This document shows positions 63,720-64,000 of a stretch of 64,000 bases of DNA, one piece after another (positions within the stretch are counted from its first letter, which is position 1; every line of letters starts with the position of its first letter). The position numbers were made by a program, and so were the translations under genes. The stretch is from NCBI RefSeq assembly GCF_004010195.1, contig NC_057718.1, positions 16,253,906 through 16,317,905 on the forward strand. Direction: 5' to 3'. The DNA is from Chiloscyllium plagiosum. Its lineage: Eukaryota. A model generated the notes under the pieces. The model worked only from the letters and a program-made list of their open reading frames with translations. It was not told the origin of the DNA and did no database searches.

Positions 63720-64000
63720 AAAGAGTGATGTGCAGCCTCCATCACTGAAGAGTCTGGAGAATACCTGAGATGCAGTTGTTTTTATTGAGATTCGTCCCGA
63801 GCAGCTTTGTGATATAGGACTCTGTGCTCAACAGGATGCGAACTGAGAGACAAACATCCATTGCACTTGGAAGACCATCACCTCAGTGAAAGATGCTCTT
63901 TAGTCTGCCTGAAACTTGTTGGTTTTCCAATGCTAGGCGTTGACCTTGACTGACTGTTGCAGACAGGCATGTTCCAAAATCCAGGACTACATGCTGAGGG
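63720..64000 (+). mobile_element. Tx1/L1-like LINE ORF2 C-terminal fragment
   Basis: WKTITSVKDAL*SA*NLLVFQ...SKIQDYMLR. Confidence 0.5.

Overview
This is a repeat-dense vertebrate intronic region. The HE1-type V-SINEs and the CR1 and Penelope families point to a cartilaginous fish (shark). The only host coding sequence I can support is one 112-bp PH-domain exon of an AKT kinase gene (most like AKT2) at 41146-41257 (+). No other AKT exon was recognised, so the flanking introns appear to be >41 kb and >22 kb. The rest is nested transposable elements. (i) A ~9.9-kb degenerate class I (gamma/epsilon-like) endogenous retrovirus on the - strand (15181-25099) has two LTRs, a tRNA-Ser(UGA) PBS, a PPT, gag, an internally deleted pol and a gamma-type env. 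(ii) The 5' end of a second ERV-like element (1-~1314) has a leader built from an array of tRNA T-arm/B-box-like hairpins. (iii) There are many CR1 LINEs, one near full length, plus an RTE LINE. (iv) Penelope-like elements and their non-autonomous palindromes carry minimal hammerhead ribozyme motifs. (v) DNA transposons include a Mutator-like element with a 9-bp TSD, Tigger-like MITEs and a Harbinger-like remnant. (vi) There are a solo LTR, an old Gypsy remnant, and a short interstitial TTAGGG tract. An assembly gap spans 44487-45432. Boundaries of degenerate repeats are approximate, and family names come from motif recognition by eye, not database searches.
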